64,000 nt of DNA from Gammaproteobacteria bacterium. Its GTDB lineage: Bacteria; Pseudomonadota; Gammaproteobacteria; Ga0077536. The notes beneath the pieces are model-generated. The model was not told the DNA's origin. It ran no database searches and was given only the letters and a program-made list of their open reading frames with translations. Below are positions 37,650 to 46,938 of this stretch, piece by piece (the stretch's first letter is position 1; the number at the start of each line of letters is the position of its first letter). Where the stretch lies: assembly GCA_963662545.2 (NCBI GenBank), contig CAXXLL010000002.1:1792001-1856000 (forward strand). The letters are read 5' to 3'. Position numbers and translations under genes: made by a program.

Positions 37650-38623
37650 ATGTCCGGAAAGAACGCTAGACGGCGGAAACGCGACCGCGCGAAAGCGTCT
37701 TACCAGCGACGCTTGAGCGGCGTCGCCACGACGGTGGGCGTGCTCTATTCGCTGCCCTCAGTAGTATCCGCTGCCATCATTCACTTTTCGGGTACACCGG
37801 TGTCGATCGACGCGAAAGCGCCCGATGGCCTGGTACCCGAGCCAGAAGCGACCTCCGTCCTGTTCGACAATTCCGTGCTTTGGGATGTCGATGGCGGCGG
37901 CACGCCGGATTTCGTCCTGCGGCGCACTGGTACCGTCTTTGTTGAAACCGGGTCCACGAGCTACGGTGCCGCGCAAACCATTCGCAGTGTCGAAGGATAT
38001 CTCCATCTGGACAGCGGCAACAACGGCAACGGTGTGGTCATGGAATACGGTGGGGACCCTGAACCACAAGACATAGCTAAGTTGTCAAACAATGTGATCC
38101 CGAATGTACTAGTTGGTCCGGCGATGATGGGCCCGATGGGATCAGGCTCCTACGTTTTTGGCGCACCGGGCCAGACCGGGCGGATGATGATGTCTTTTAA
38201 TTCGTCGACTTCATCCATTGGCGGCCAATACAATTACGGCCTAATGAATGCAAATGTAGTGGGGGCGGCAATTACGGCCTAATGAATGCAAATGTAGTGG
38301 GGGCGGCTTATAACGGCAGATTCAACCAGGCGCCTGGGTCCTTAAATTATTTCGGCTTCAGCTTTACCGAGGGCGGCGATACCTTTTACGGCTGGGCGGC
38401 GATCCTGTTCGATCTCGAGGGCGAGGACCGGCGACTGGAAATCGTCGAATGGGCGTATGAGGACACGCCCGATACGGCCATCGCCGTCGGCGCGACGGGT
38501 GTTCCAGTGCCCGCCCACGGGCTCGCGATGCTGGCCGCAGGTGCCGGCAGCGTACTGGCCATGCGGCGCAAACGCCGCGATCTCGCATTGATTCCCCGTA
38601 CTAGCGATCGCGACACGCTCTGA
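37650..38623 (+). pseudogene. PEP-CTERM/VPLPA-CTERM-like surface protein frameshifted by a 38-bp tandem duplication
   Basis: N-terminal signal peptide; 'YFGFSF..FYGW..WAYE'; C-terminal 'VPVPAHGLAMLAAGAGSVLAMRRKRR'. Removing one copy joins ORFs 37650-38282 and 38282-38623 into a 311-aa protein. Confidence 0.8.
38231..38306. repeat. Perfect 38-bp tandem duplication
   Basis: CAATTACGGCCTAATGAATGCAAATGTAGTGGGGGCGG at 38231-38268 and 38269-38306. Confidence 0.95.
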
Positions 38624-38658
38624 TCGCACGGTGCGCGATTCGCGCGCGTAACAAGCCC

Positions 38659-41469
38659 TTGGCCCCACCATTAACCGACAAGGTCCTACTGATCGGGTGG
38701 GACGCGGCGGACTGGAAAATCATGACGCCGCTCATCGACAGCGGTGCGATGCCGAACCTCGAACGGTTTCTCACACAAGGTGTGATGGGCAACCTCAGCA
38801 CCCTGATGCCGGTGCTCTCACCCATGCTATGGACATCGATTGCGACCGGCAAGCGCGCTTACAAGCACGGCGTCCACGGTTTCAGTGAACCCGATCCCGC
38901 CAGCGGGCAGGTCCGGCCCATCACCAATCTCGGCCGCCGCACGAAGGCCGTATGGAATATCCTCAATCAGAATGGCAAGCGCAGTAACATCATCGGCTGG
39001 TGGCCGTCGCACCCAGTCGAACCGATCAACGGGGTGATGGTGTCCAATCATTTTCAAACGGCGGTACGGGCGCTGGACCAACCGTGGCCGATGCGCCCGG
39101 GGACGGTGCATCCGCAACGCCTGATCAAACCCCTGTCGCAATTCCGCGTTCATCCCTGGGAAATCGATGCGGAACAGTTGCTGCCTTTCGTTCCCCAGGC
39201 GGCGGCTATCGATCAGGACGAGGACAAACGCCTGTTCAGTGTCGCCAAGGTACTGGCGGAGTGCGCCAGCGTCCATGCCGCAGCGACGGCCGTGATGGAA
39301 CTCGAGCCATGGGATTTCACGGCTGTTTACTACGATGCCATCGACCATTTCTGTCACGGCTTCATGAAATACCACCCACCACGGCTGCCATGGGTCGCCG
39401 AGGCGGATTTCGACCTGTACAAAAACGTCGTCGAAGGCGCCTACCGCTTCCATGACATGATGTTCGGGGCTTTGACGGATCTCGCGGGTGAAGACGCAAC
39501 GGTCATCCTGTGCTCCGATCATGGGTTCCACGCCGATCATCTACGCCCCCGCGAGATCCCGAATGAGCCGGCGGGCGCGGCGGAAGAGCACCGGCCGTTC
39601 GGGGTGTTCGCCATGCGCGGTCCCGCCATAAAGCTCGATGAATTGGTGTTCGGCGCGAGCCTGTTGGACATCACCCCCACCGTCCTGACCCTGTTCGGTC
39701 TCGCGGTTGGCCGCGACATGGATGGCAAGGTGCTGGTGACGGCGTTCGATCGGAAACCGGTTGTTGAATTCGTGGAGAGCTGGGATGCGATCGCCGGTGA
39801 TGACGGCAGCCATCCACCTGGGTGGCACGCCGATCCGGTCGATACCGCAGATGCGATGCAACAGCTGGTTGACTTGGGCTACGTCGATTCACCCGACGAG
39901 GACGTCTTGGTCGCCGCGCAGAATACCCTGCGCGAACTGCGCTACAACCTCGCGCGCGATCTGATCGACGCGCAACGACCGGGGGAGGCCGTGCCGGTGC
40001 TCGAATCGTTGTGGGAGCGATGGCCGGAGGAAACCCGCTTCGGCGTGCAGTTGTTCGGCTGCATGCTGACGATGGAACAAAGCGGTGAAGCACGCCAAAT
40101 CCTCAACGACATTCGTTCGCGCAAACAAACTTATGCAGCGAAGGCACGCGAGGAACTGACGTCAATCGCGGAGGCGTCCGGCAGCCGTAAGGACGCGGAC
40201 GAAAAAGAATTGACTCGCGAGGAACGCATGCGACGCATGAGATTGCGGCGGCGGGCGGTCACCAATCACGGTTCCCTGCATTACCTCGAGGGTCGTCTGT
40301 GCCTGGCTGACGGCGATGCGAAAGGCGCACTCGCATGTTTCGAACGCGTTGGCGAGGTCCAGACGCATAATCAGCCGAGCCTGCTTTTTGCCAAAGCCGA
40401 TGCCTTGCTAAAACTCGCGCGCTACGACGAGGCGGCAGCTGCGTTCGAACAAATGCTGAATATCGATCCGGTTAACGCCAACGCCCGCCTGGGCCTTTGC
40501 CGGGTCTGGCTCGGGCGCCGGCGGCCGCGCCGCGCGCTGGATGAAGCGCTGGCGGCCATCGGCCTCGTTTATCACAATCCCCAGGCCCATCACTGCTGCG
40601 GGATTGCCTGCCAATGGCTGGGGCGTATCGATGACGCCGTTCGCGCTTTTGAAATGGCCGTATCCCAAAACATGCTGCTGGTCGACGCACACCGGCGCCT
40701 GGCGAAGCTTTACCGGACGAAGCTCGACGACCCCGAACGCGCCGCCCGCCACCGCGTATTCGCCGCCGTCGCGCGGCGCCGACAGCGCGCGTTCCGTGAA
40801 AGCGGTGCATTGGATCGGGACCAGTCCTGCATACCGGCCGAGTTGCCCGACGCGCGGCTCGGTGCAGTAGGGAAACCCAAAACCTTGCCCCCACTGCACG
40901 ATGAAATCATCGTTGTTTCCGGTCTTCCGCGATCGGGAACGGCGATGATGATGCAAATGTTAAGCGCCGGCGGACTCGAACCACTTACCGACGGAGCACG
41001 TGGCGCGGATGAGCATAATCCGCGCGGTTACTTCGAATACGAAGCGGTCAAATCGATCGGACGGGATCCTCGCTGGATCCGGCGCGCACAGGGGCGCGCG
41101 GTGAAGATCGTCGCGCCACTGCTACCGAAGCTGCCGTCCGAATATCGTTATCGCGTGATCTTCATGGAACGCATCCTGGCGGAAGTCATCACTTCGCAGA
41201 ACGCAATGCTCAAAAAGCTGGGAAAATCCGGTGCCAGCGCCAGTCCGGAGCGCCTCGCCGAAATTTATCGGCGACAGTTCGAAGCGGTCAGGGAGTTCCT
41301 GACACGCAACGCCGACCACGTACAAGTCATGGCAGTCGATTACCATGAGACACTCGCACGGCCGCGGGCGACCGCCGAACGGCTCAACGACTTCCTCGGG
41401 GGTGGTCTCGAACGCGAGGCAATGATGCATGCGGTGGAGCCCACCTTGCGGCGGCAGCGCATGGCCTGA
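38659..41469 (+). CDS. AlkP-superfamily phosphodiesterase + TPR + sulfotransferase fusion protein
   Basis: 'IGWDAADW', 'SPMLWTSIATG', 'DHFCH', 'SDHGF'; central TPR-like helices; 'VSGLPRSGTAMMMQML' and 'FMERILAEVITSQ' PAPS-binding motifs. Confidence 0.85.
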   Translation: MAPPLTDKVLLIGWDAADWKIMTPLIDSGAMPNLERFLTQGVMGNLSTLMPVLSPMLWTSIATGKRAYKHGVHGFSEPDPASGQVRPITNLGRRTKAVWNILNQNGKRSNIIGWWPSHPVEPINGVMVSNHFQTAVRALDQPWPMRPGTVHPQRLIKPLSQFRVHPWEIDAEQLLPFVPQAAAIDQDEDKRLFSVAKVLAECASVHAAATAVMELEPWDFTAVYYDAIDHFCHGFMKYHPPRLPWVAEADFDLYKNVVEGAYRFHDMMFGALTDLAGEDATVILCSDHGFHADHLRPREIPNEPAGAAEEHRPFGVFAMRGPAIKLDELVFGASLLDITPTVLTLFGLAVGRDMDGKVLVTAFDRKPVVEFVESWDAIAGDDGSHPPGWHADPVDTADAMQQLVDLGYVDSPDEDVLVAAQNTLRELRYNLARDLIDAQRPGEAVPVLESLWERWPEETRFGVQLFGCMLTMEQSGEARQILNDIRSRKQTYAAKAREELTSIAEASGSRKDADEKELTREERMRRMRLRRRAVTNHGSLHYLEGRLCLADGDAKGALACFERVGEVQTHNQPSLLFAKADALLKLARYDEAAAAFEQMLNIDPVNANARLGLCRVWLGRRRPRRALDEALAAIGLVYHNPQAHHCCGIACQWLGRIDDAVRAFEMAVSQNMLLVDAHRRLAKLYRTKLDDPERAARHRVFAAVARRRQRAFRESGALDRDQSCIPAELPDARLGAVGKPKTLPPLHDEIIVVSGLPRSGTAMMMQMLSAGGLEPLTDGARGADEHNPRGYFEYEAVKSIGRDPRWIRRAQGRAVKIVAPLLPKLPSEYRYRVIFMERILAEVITSQNAMLKKLGKSGASASPERLAEIYRRQFEAVREFLTRNADHVQVMAVDYHETLARPRATAERLNDFLGGGLEREAMMHAVEPTLRRQRMA

Positions 41470-41572
41470 ACCGATCGCTCGAATGGCAGGCGAACTACGT
41501 GCCTCCAACTGCTGAAGGCAGAGATTTCTTACCGCTTGTCGATCAAGACCGGGAAATCGATTTGAGTTTTTG

Positions 41573-41971
41573 CTAACCCCTGAGCCAGGACAACGCGTCC
41601 GCACGTGTTCCGAAATAAGCGGTTGGAAATACCGCGGGGCTTTCGGGACCCGGTTCGGCGCCGATGGCCGGCATGCCCGCTGGCATATGAAAAGCGAAAC
41701 GCTCGACCCCCGCGGCGTTGTAACGGGGAATGATGTTCTGGTCACGCCAGTCCGTGTTCATTTGCGCCGGATTCATCCGAAACTGCGTCGTGTCCACCAG
41801 CACGCGCTGGCGCTCAAGTCGTTCGAGCTCACCGACGAATCGTTCGAGCCAACTTTGAAACTCCTCGCCGCTCATCGCGTCCGTCGAGTCGAACCAGCGA
41901 ATTTCTATGAAGCCGTCTTCTGTGCGATCGATGATGTCGCCATATTGATCGCAAAAAACTAATACCGCCAT
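41573..41971 (-). CDS. Hypothetical protein, possibly STAS/SpoIIAA-like
   Basis: 'IEIRW', 'VLVDTTQF', C-terminal 'YFGTRADALSWL' pattern. Confidence 0.55.
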   Translation of the reverse strand: MAVLVFCDQYGDIIDRTEDGFIEIRWFDSTDAMSGEEFQSWLERFVGELERLERQRVLVDTTQFRMNPAQMNTDWRDQNIIPRYNAAGVERFAFHMPAGMPAIGAEPGPESPAVFPTAYFGTRADALSWLRG

Positions 41972-42189
41972 TCTCGTTACCTTTCTAGTGCATCGCTCCG
42001 GTCGTCGGTTTGCGTTCGCTGACATACCCGGCCCGATTTTCCTCAACTGAAATCATTGACACAACATTTATCGAATGTGTGGGGAGGATAATCGGGAACC
42101 TCGAGTATGATCGATAAGGAAGTCGGCGGCCCCGGCGGCGGATCCGTTATAATCTCGCGCTGTTCGCACGCTCCGCGGAGGGGTCTAGC

Positions 42190-42783
42190 ATGGACATCGG
42201 CGCTATTGTCTTTCTCGTCATATTGATCGCGCTTGTCGGTTTCGTCGTTGGCGTCTACAACAATCTGGTCAATACGCGAAATCGGTTCAAGAACGCGTTC
42301 GCCCAGATCGACGTGCAGTTGCAGCGCCGCTACGACCTGATCCCGAACCTGGTCGAAACCGCCAAGGGCTACCTCGCCCACGAACGGGAAACGCTGGAAG
42401 CAGTCATCCAGGCACGCAACCAGGCACAGGCCGCGGCCAAGAGTGCCTCCGCGCGGCCCGACGACGCCGCCGCGATCGCTGCGCTCAGCGCCGCCGAAGG
42501 GGTTTTGACGGGCGCGATGGGGCGTTTTTTCGCGCTGGCCGAAGCCTACCCCGACCTCAAGGCGAACGAGACCATGCAGCAGTTGATGGAAGAATTGTCG
42601 TCGACCGAAAATAAGGTGGCGTTTTCGCGCCAGCACTTCAACGACGCGGCAACTGATTACAACAACAAGCGCGAGCAGTTCCCAAACAACATGATCGCGG
42701 GTATGTTTAATTTTTTCGCGGCCGAACTCCTCGAGATCGAAAGCGAGGAGGTGCGCGAAGCACCCAAGGTATCTTTCACCTGA
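42190..42783 (+). CDS. lemA: LemA family protein
   Basis: N-terminal TM; 'YNNLV', 'IDVQLQRRYDLIPNLV', 'EAYPDLKAN', 'TENKVAFSRQ', 'FPNN'. Confidence 0.95.
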   Translation: MDIGAIVFLVILIALVGFVVGVYNNLVNTRNRFKNAFAQIDVQLQRRYDLIPNLVETAKGYLAHERETLEAVIQARNQAQAAAKSASARPDDAAAIAALSAAEGVLTGAMGRFFALAEAYPDLKANETMQQLMEELSSTENKVAFSRQHFNDAATDYNNKREQFPNNMIAGMFNFFAAELLEIESEEVREAPKVSFT

Positions 42784-42823
42784 ATGACGGATCGCGCCGG
42801 CGCAGCCCTCATGCGCTGAAACA

Positions 42824-44725
42824 ATGAATTTCTACCAGCACCAGGACCGGGCTCGGCGCAAGACCGGTATCCTCGTTCTTTATTTCCTGCTCGCGGTGAC
42901 TCTCATCGCGGCGGCCATTAACGCCTTGATCTTTGTCGCCATGATGTCTACCACGACGCCGCCCATGCAGTTGGCGGCCTGGCTCGAAAAGCCCTATTGG
43001 ATTTTTTTGACTTGTGCCGTGCTCATCGTAATTTGTCTGGGGTCGCTCGTTACAAGTCTCAAGTTACGCGGCGGCGGCCGTGCACTCGCCGGTATGATGG
43101 GAGCGCGCCAGGTCGATCCCACCACGAAAGATTTCAAAGAGCGGCAGATGATCAACGTGGTCGAAGAGATGTCGATCGCGTCCGGCACGCCTGTCCCCGC
43201 GCTATACGTGATGGACGACGAGACGGGCATCAATGCATTCGTCGCGGGCACACGACCGACGGAAACAGTGTTGGTCATCACGCGTGGCGCGCTCGATGCG
43301 TTTTCACGTGACGAATTGCAGGGCGTCATCGGCCACGAGTACAGTCACATTTTCAATAACGACATGCGTATCAATATTCAGCTGATGGGCATTCTCGCCG
43401 GGATCCTGTTGATAGGGCAGCTTGGTCGAGTCATGCTGTACTCCGGCAGTCGCAGCCGCGGCAAAGGCTCCGGACAGGCAGCGATCATCGGATTGGGCAT
43501 CCTTCTGGTCGGCTATATCGGGTTGTTTTTCGGATCTTTGATCAAGGCGGCGATTTCTCGTCAGCGCGAATTCCTGGCCGACGCCTCCGCTGTCCAGTTC
43601 ACGCGGAATCCGCAAGGTATTGCAGGGGCCCTCGACAAGATTAAGCAGCACGTTGATGGTTCGCTGTTAAACAACGCGCACTCAGAGGACGTCAGCCATT
43701 TCTGTTTTGGTGAATCCGTGCACTACGCATTTTCCTCGCTGATGGCGACTCACCCGCGGTTGGAAGATCGGATCGAAGCCGTCGACCCCGAATTCGCCGC
43801 GCGTCGTTTGTCCGAAAAGGCGGAGCGCGAAACCGCCGCGGCCGCGCCTGATGCCGCGAACAGATCACCCCTCCCGGGGATGGCTTCCGGGTTCGCCGGG
43901 GGAAGCGTGTCGACCGACGCCAGTCGAATCGCTGAATCCGTCGGCACTGTGACGCCGGAACAGATCGCGTTTGCCGAATACATCCACCGAAGGATCCCTC
44001 AGCGCTTGCTCGAAAGTACGCATGATGTGGAGACGGCTCCACAGGTCATTTACGCAGCGCTTCTGAACGTGATCGCTGACGAGGATCGCCACATCGGCAT
44101 AACGTTTTTGCGTGAGGCTGAAGGCGCCGATAACGCGGCCGCCATCGAAGATTTGAGCGATCTCGTGGCGCAATTGCCTGCTCGCGCCCGCCTGCCGCTC
44201 GTCAACATTGCCCTTCCGGCACTAAAGCGGCTCGGCGAGGACCGACGCGGTCATTTCATCGATCGTGTTCAGAAGCTGATTGAAATCGATCGCCGCTACA
44301 CGATTTTTGAGTATGCACTATTGCATATTTTGCGGGATCACCTGTCGGCTGTGGCGGAGCGCGCGCCGACTGTTAAGTATTTCAAGTTCGAACAAATTTC
44401 GACCGAACTGCGTATCCTGTTGAGCGTTCTGGCGAGAGTCGGTGCAAAATCCGAAGACGATGCGGCGGCAGCCTTCGACCGTTCATTTAGGCCCTTTGGT
44501 CTGAGTGCGATCACGCTCGAGCGCCGCGGGCAGTGCAATCTCGAGACGCTGACTCAGGCGCTAGACGCGTTGACCCAGTTGTCTCCCCTGCTGAAAAAGA
44601 ATGTCATCAGCGCCTGTGCCGATTGCGTCATCCACGACGGGAAAGTCACCGCTGCCGAAGCGGAACTCCTGCAGGTCATTGCCCTCACCCTCGATTGCCC
44701 GATGCCGCCGCTGCTCGACGCCTAA
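42824..44725 (+). CDS. M48 (HtpX-like) membrane zinc metallopeptidase with C-terminal extension
   Basis: 'INAFVAG', HExxH 'HEYSH', 'SRQREFLADA', 'THPRLEDRI'; follows lemA. Confidence 0.9.
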   Translation: MNFYQHQDRARRKTGILVLYFLLAVTLIAAAINALIFVAMMSTTTPPMQLAAWLEKPYWIFLTCAVLIVICLGSLVTSLKLRGGGRALAGMMGARQVDPTTKDFKERQMINVVEEMSIASGTPVPALYVMDDETGINAFVAGTRPTETVLVITRGALDAFSRDELQGVIGHEYSHIFNNDMRINIQLMGILAGILLIGQLGRVMLYSGSRSRGKGSGQAAIIGLGILLVGYIGLFFGSLIKAAISRQREFLADASAVQFTRNPQGIAGALDKIKQHVDGSLLNNAHSEDVSHFCFGESVHYAFSSLMATHPRLEDRIEAVDPEFAARRLSEKAERETAAAAPDAANRSPLPGMASGFAGGSVSTDASRIAESVGTVTPEQIAFAEYIHRRIPQRLLESTHDVETAPQVIYAALLNVIADEDRHIGITFLREAEGADNAAAIEDLSDLVAQLPARARLPLVNIALPALKRLGEDRRGHFIDRVQKLIEIDRRYTIFEYALLHILRDHLSAVAERAPTVKYFKFEQISTELRILLSVLARVGAKSEDDAAAAFDRSFRPFGLSAITLERRGQCNLETLTQALDALTQLSPLLKKNVISACADCVIHDGKVTAAEAELLQVIALTLDCPMPPLLDA

Positions 44726-44746
44726 ACGCTTATGAAATAGGCGATC

Positions 44747-45382
44747 TCATGCCTGTGCGCTTGGTCGCGCCGCGACCCGGTCAAACCAGGCGCGCGTGCG
44801 GTCGTTTTTTTCGGGGATCTTGAAATCTACCCAGCCTACGAATTCCACCGCGCAGAACGCCGTGATGTCGGCCATCGTGAAAATTTCGCAGGCGACGAAG
44901 TCAGTCGCTTCGAGGTAGCCTTCGAGCCCGTCGAAGAAGCGCACCAGTGTTTGCCGGCCGCGCTCGACGAGCGCCGGAATGGCCGGAATAGAGTCCGAAC
45001 CGCCGCCCGGTATGCTCCGCTCGGCGAATCTTTCGTGTTGATTGCGAAAGATCTCGGAACCGGCAATCATCCCCTCGAATTCCATTTGACGTTGGCGCGA
45101 TTCGACCAGGGCTTTCTCTCGGGCGTCGCGCCCGAGCAGCGGCGGATCGGGCTGGATTTCTTCGAAATAGCGGCAGATAGCCATGACTTCGTCGAAGCAG
45201 GTGCCGTCGTCCAACTCGAGAGTCGGTAGCAGACCGCGTGGATTGATCTTCAAGAATTCGGGCTCGAGGTTCTCGCCCTCAACGATGTTGAGTTCGACCG
45301 TCGGAATGTCGATGCCTTTTTCGGCGATGAAAATGCGCGCCCGGCGCGGGTTGGGTGCCATTTTGCAGTCGTACAGCTTCAT
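44747..45382 (-). CDS. Glutathione S-transferase family protein
   Basis: 'APNPRRARIF', 'INPRGLLPTLELDDG', 'AICRYFEE', 'FTMADI'; GGAGGAG RBS. Confidence 0.92.
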   Translation of the reverse strand: MKLYDCKMAPNPRRARIFIAEKGIDIPTVELNIVEGENLEPEFLKINPRGLLPTLELDDGTCFDEVMAICRYFEEIQPDPPLLGRDAREKALVESRQRQMEFEGMIAGSEIFRNQHERFAERSIPGGGSDSIPAIPALVERGRQTLVRFFDGLEGYLEATDFVACEIFTMADITAFCAVEFVGWVDFKIPEKNDRTRAWFDRVAARPSAQA

Positions 45383-45498
45383 CGAGTTCGTCTCCTCCTG
45401 TTTCGATGGGGCACGCATTCAGCGGTCCTCATGAAATATGCCGGCTAAATCAAAACGACCCGGATCTCGCGCTCTGCGAGCCCGCTCGGCTACCGTTG

Positions 45499-46839
45499 CT
45501 ACTGCCCGCTGGTCAGGCTGGATACGCTGAAAATACGTTTGATTGCCGCAGGACTCATCGTCGGATACAGGGTGTCGGTGCGCGCCGAAACGACCGTGGC
45601 CGTGTTGTCGAGGCGATCAATGTTGATCTGCCCCCGCCAACGCGACACCGACACCTCGATCGACGCTTCGCTACCGTCGTCCGGCAGCGGCCGCCGATAG
45701 ACCGTCTGCATCGTTTTCCACAACAGATTGTCGTGATTGAAGATCAAGGAAAGCGCGACGCCGAATGTCTGGCGATCGATGAATAGTACCCGGCTGCGGT
45801 AAGGGTGCCCCTCCCATACGGACTTCACTTCTACCACGTGGCAGTTTCGCAGCTGCCAACGGTCATCCGGTAAGCGGCTAAATGGCCCGAAAGTACGCTG
45901 CTTTTCCTGCTTGGTGTCGGCCACGTGGAGGATTTGCTTCTGTCCGAGGTAGGTCCATTTGTAATCGAGCACGCGCCCGGAAAAGCCCTCGAAATCATCG
46001 AGCGTTCCATTCGATCCCATGAAACTGTCGGCGCGTTCGCGCGCCGAGAACCGGCGTATGCGCCGCTCGGTCGGCAGGTAGGTGTTGACCTGGTCATCGG
46101 CGTGCGGGTCCAGCATGCGTTCAATGACGAACTTGGTGCCTTTGACATTGAAGGGGTCGAGGAACTCCATGTAATCTTTGAAGAATCTCGTATCACTGTC
46201 GGGCACCTCGACGCGGTAGTCTTGGTCCGGCAGCATCGCCAGCTTGTTCAGGTAGACGCGGTGGTAGGACTGGGTCAGGGTCCGGTCGAGACTACCGCCG
46301 CCTACGAGTCCCGCCTCCGGATCGAGCGGCGCGGGGCCGCTTGAGGACCCCACGTAGGCCATTGTCACTTCGTCGACTTTGTAACCGTAGAACTGCCAGC
46401 GGTGGATCTGATTCCAGGCGAGCATGTATCCGCCCGTAGCGGGATCGGCACTGATGATCTGCTCGTGCGTGAAAGGTCGGCCCGCCGTGTAATTTCCAAG
46501 TCGCCCATCCGCACCAATCGTGGCCTGCCCCTTGAAACGCTCGGTCGCTTCTACGTAGGAGCGGTGCCCCGGGTAGTCCGCAGTCTCCTGTATCTCGACG
46601 GTGACTTCGGGGAACTGAAATTCTTCGAAATAGCCTGGCGGTATCCAGGCCCGTAGCGGTGCGAGTTCGTCGACTTCGACGATCGTGCCGACCGACGGTG
46701 GATCGGCTAAAGTTGTTTCTGTTAACCAGGCGCCGATGTCGTCGCGCGTGACATTTTCGGCAAATACGGTTGCCAAAAAAAGGTTAGCGAATGCTGTCGT
46801 AATTCCGACTGTCAGTTTAAAAATGTTCATTTGATGCAC
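45499..46839 (-). CDS. DUF1329-like exported protein (LolA-like fold)
   Basis: Signal peptide; 'YLPTERRIRR', 'DDFEGFSG', 'WQLR...VVE', 'HPYRSRVLFID', 'LWK'. Confidence 0.75.
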   Translation of the reverse strand: MHQMNIFKLTVGITTAFANLFLATVFAENVTRDDIGAWLTETTLADPPSVGTIVEVDELAPLRAWIPPGYFEEFQFPEVTVEIQETADYPGHRSYVEATERFKGQATIGADGRLGNYTAGRPFTHEQIISADPATGGYMLAWNQIHRWQFYGYKVDEVTMAYVGSSSGPAPLDPEAGLVGGGSLDRTLTQSYHRVYLNKLAMLPDQDYRVEVPDSDTRFFKDYMEFLDPFNVKGTKFVIERMLDPHADDQVNTYLPTERRIRRFSARERADSFMGSNGTLDDFEGFSGRVLDYKWTYLGQKQILHVADTKQEKQRTFGPFSRLPDDRWQLRNCHVVEVKSVWEGHPYRSRVLFIDRQTFGVALSLIFNHDNLLWKTMQTVYRRPLPDDGSEASIEVSVSRWRGQINIDRLDNTATVVSARTDTLYPTMSPAAIKRIFSVSSLTSGQ

Positions 46840-46938
46840 TAATAACCGAGTACGGACCGGGATGAGACACGCAAATCATTTCCTCTGTATAGGCTATCAG
46901 AAAATTAACGATCAACGGTTCCTGTTGCAATAAGCTGC

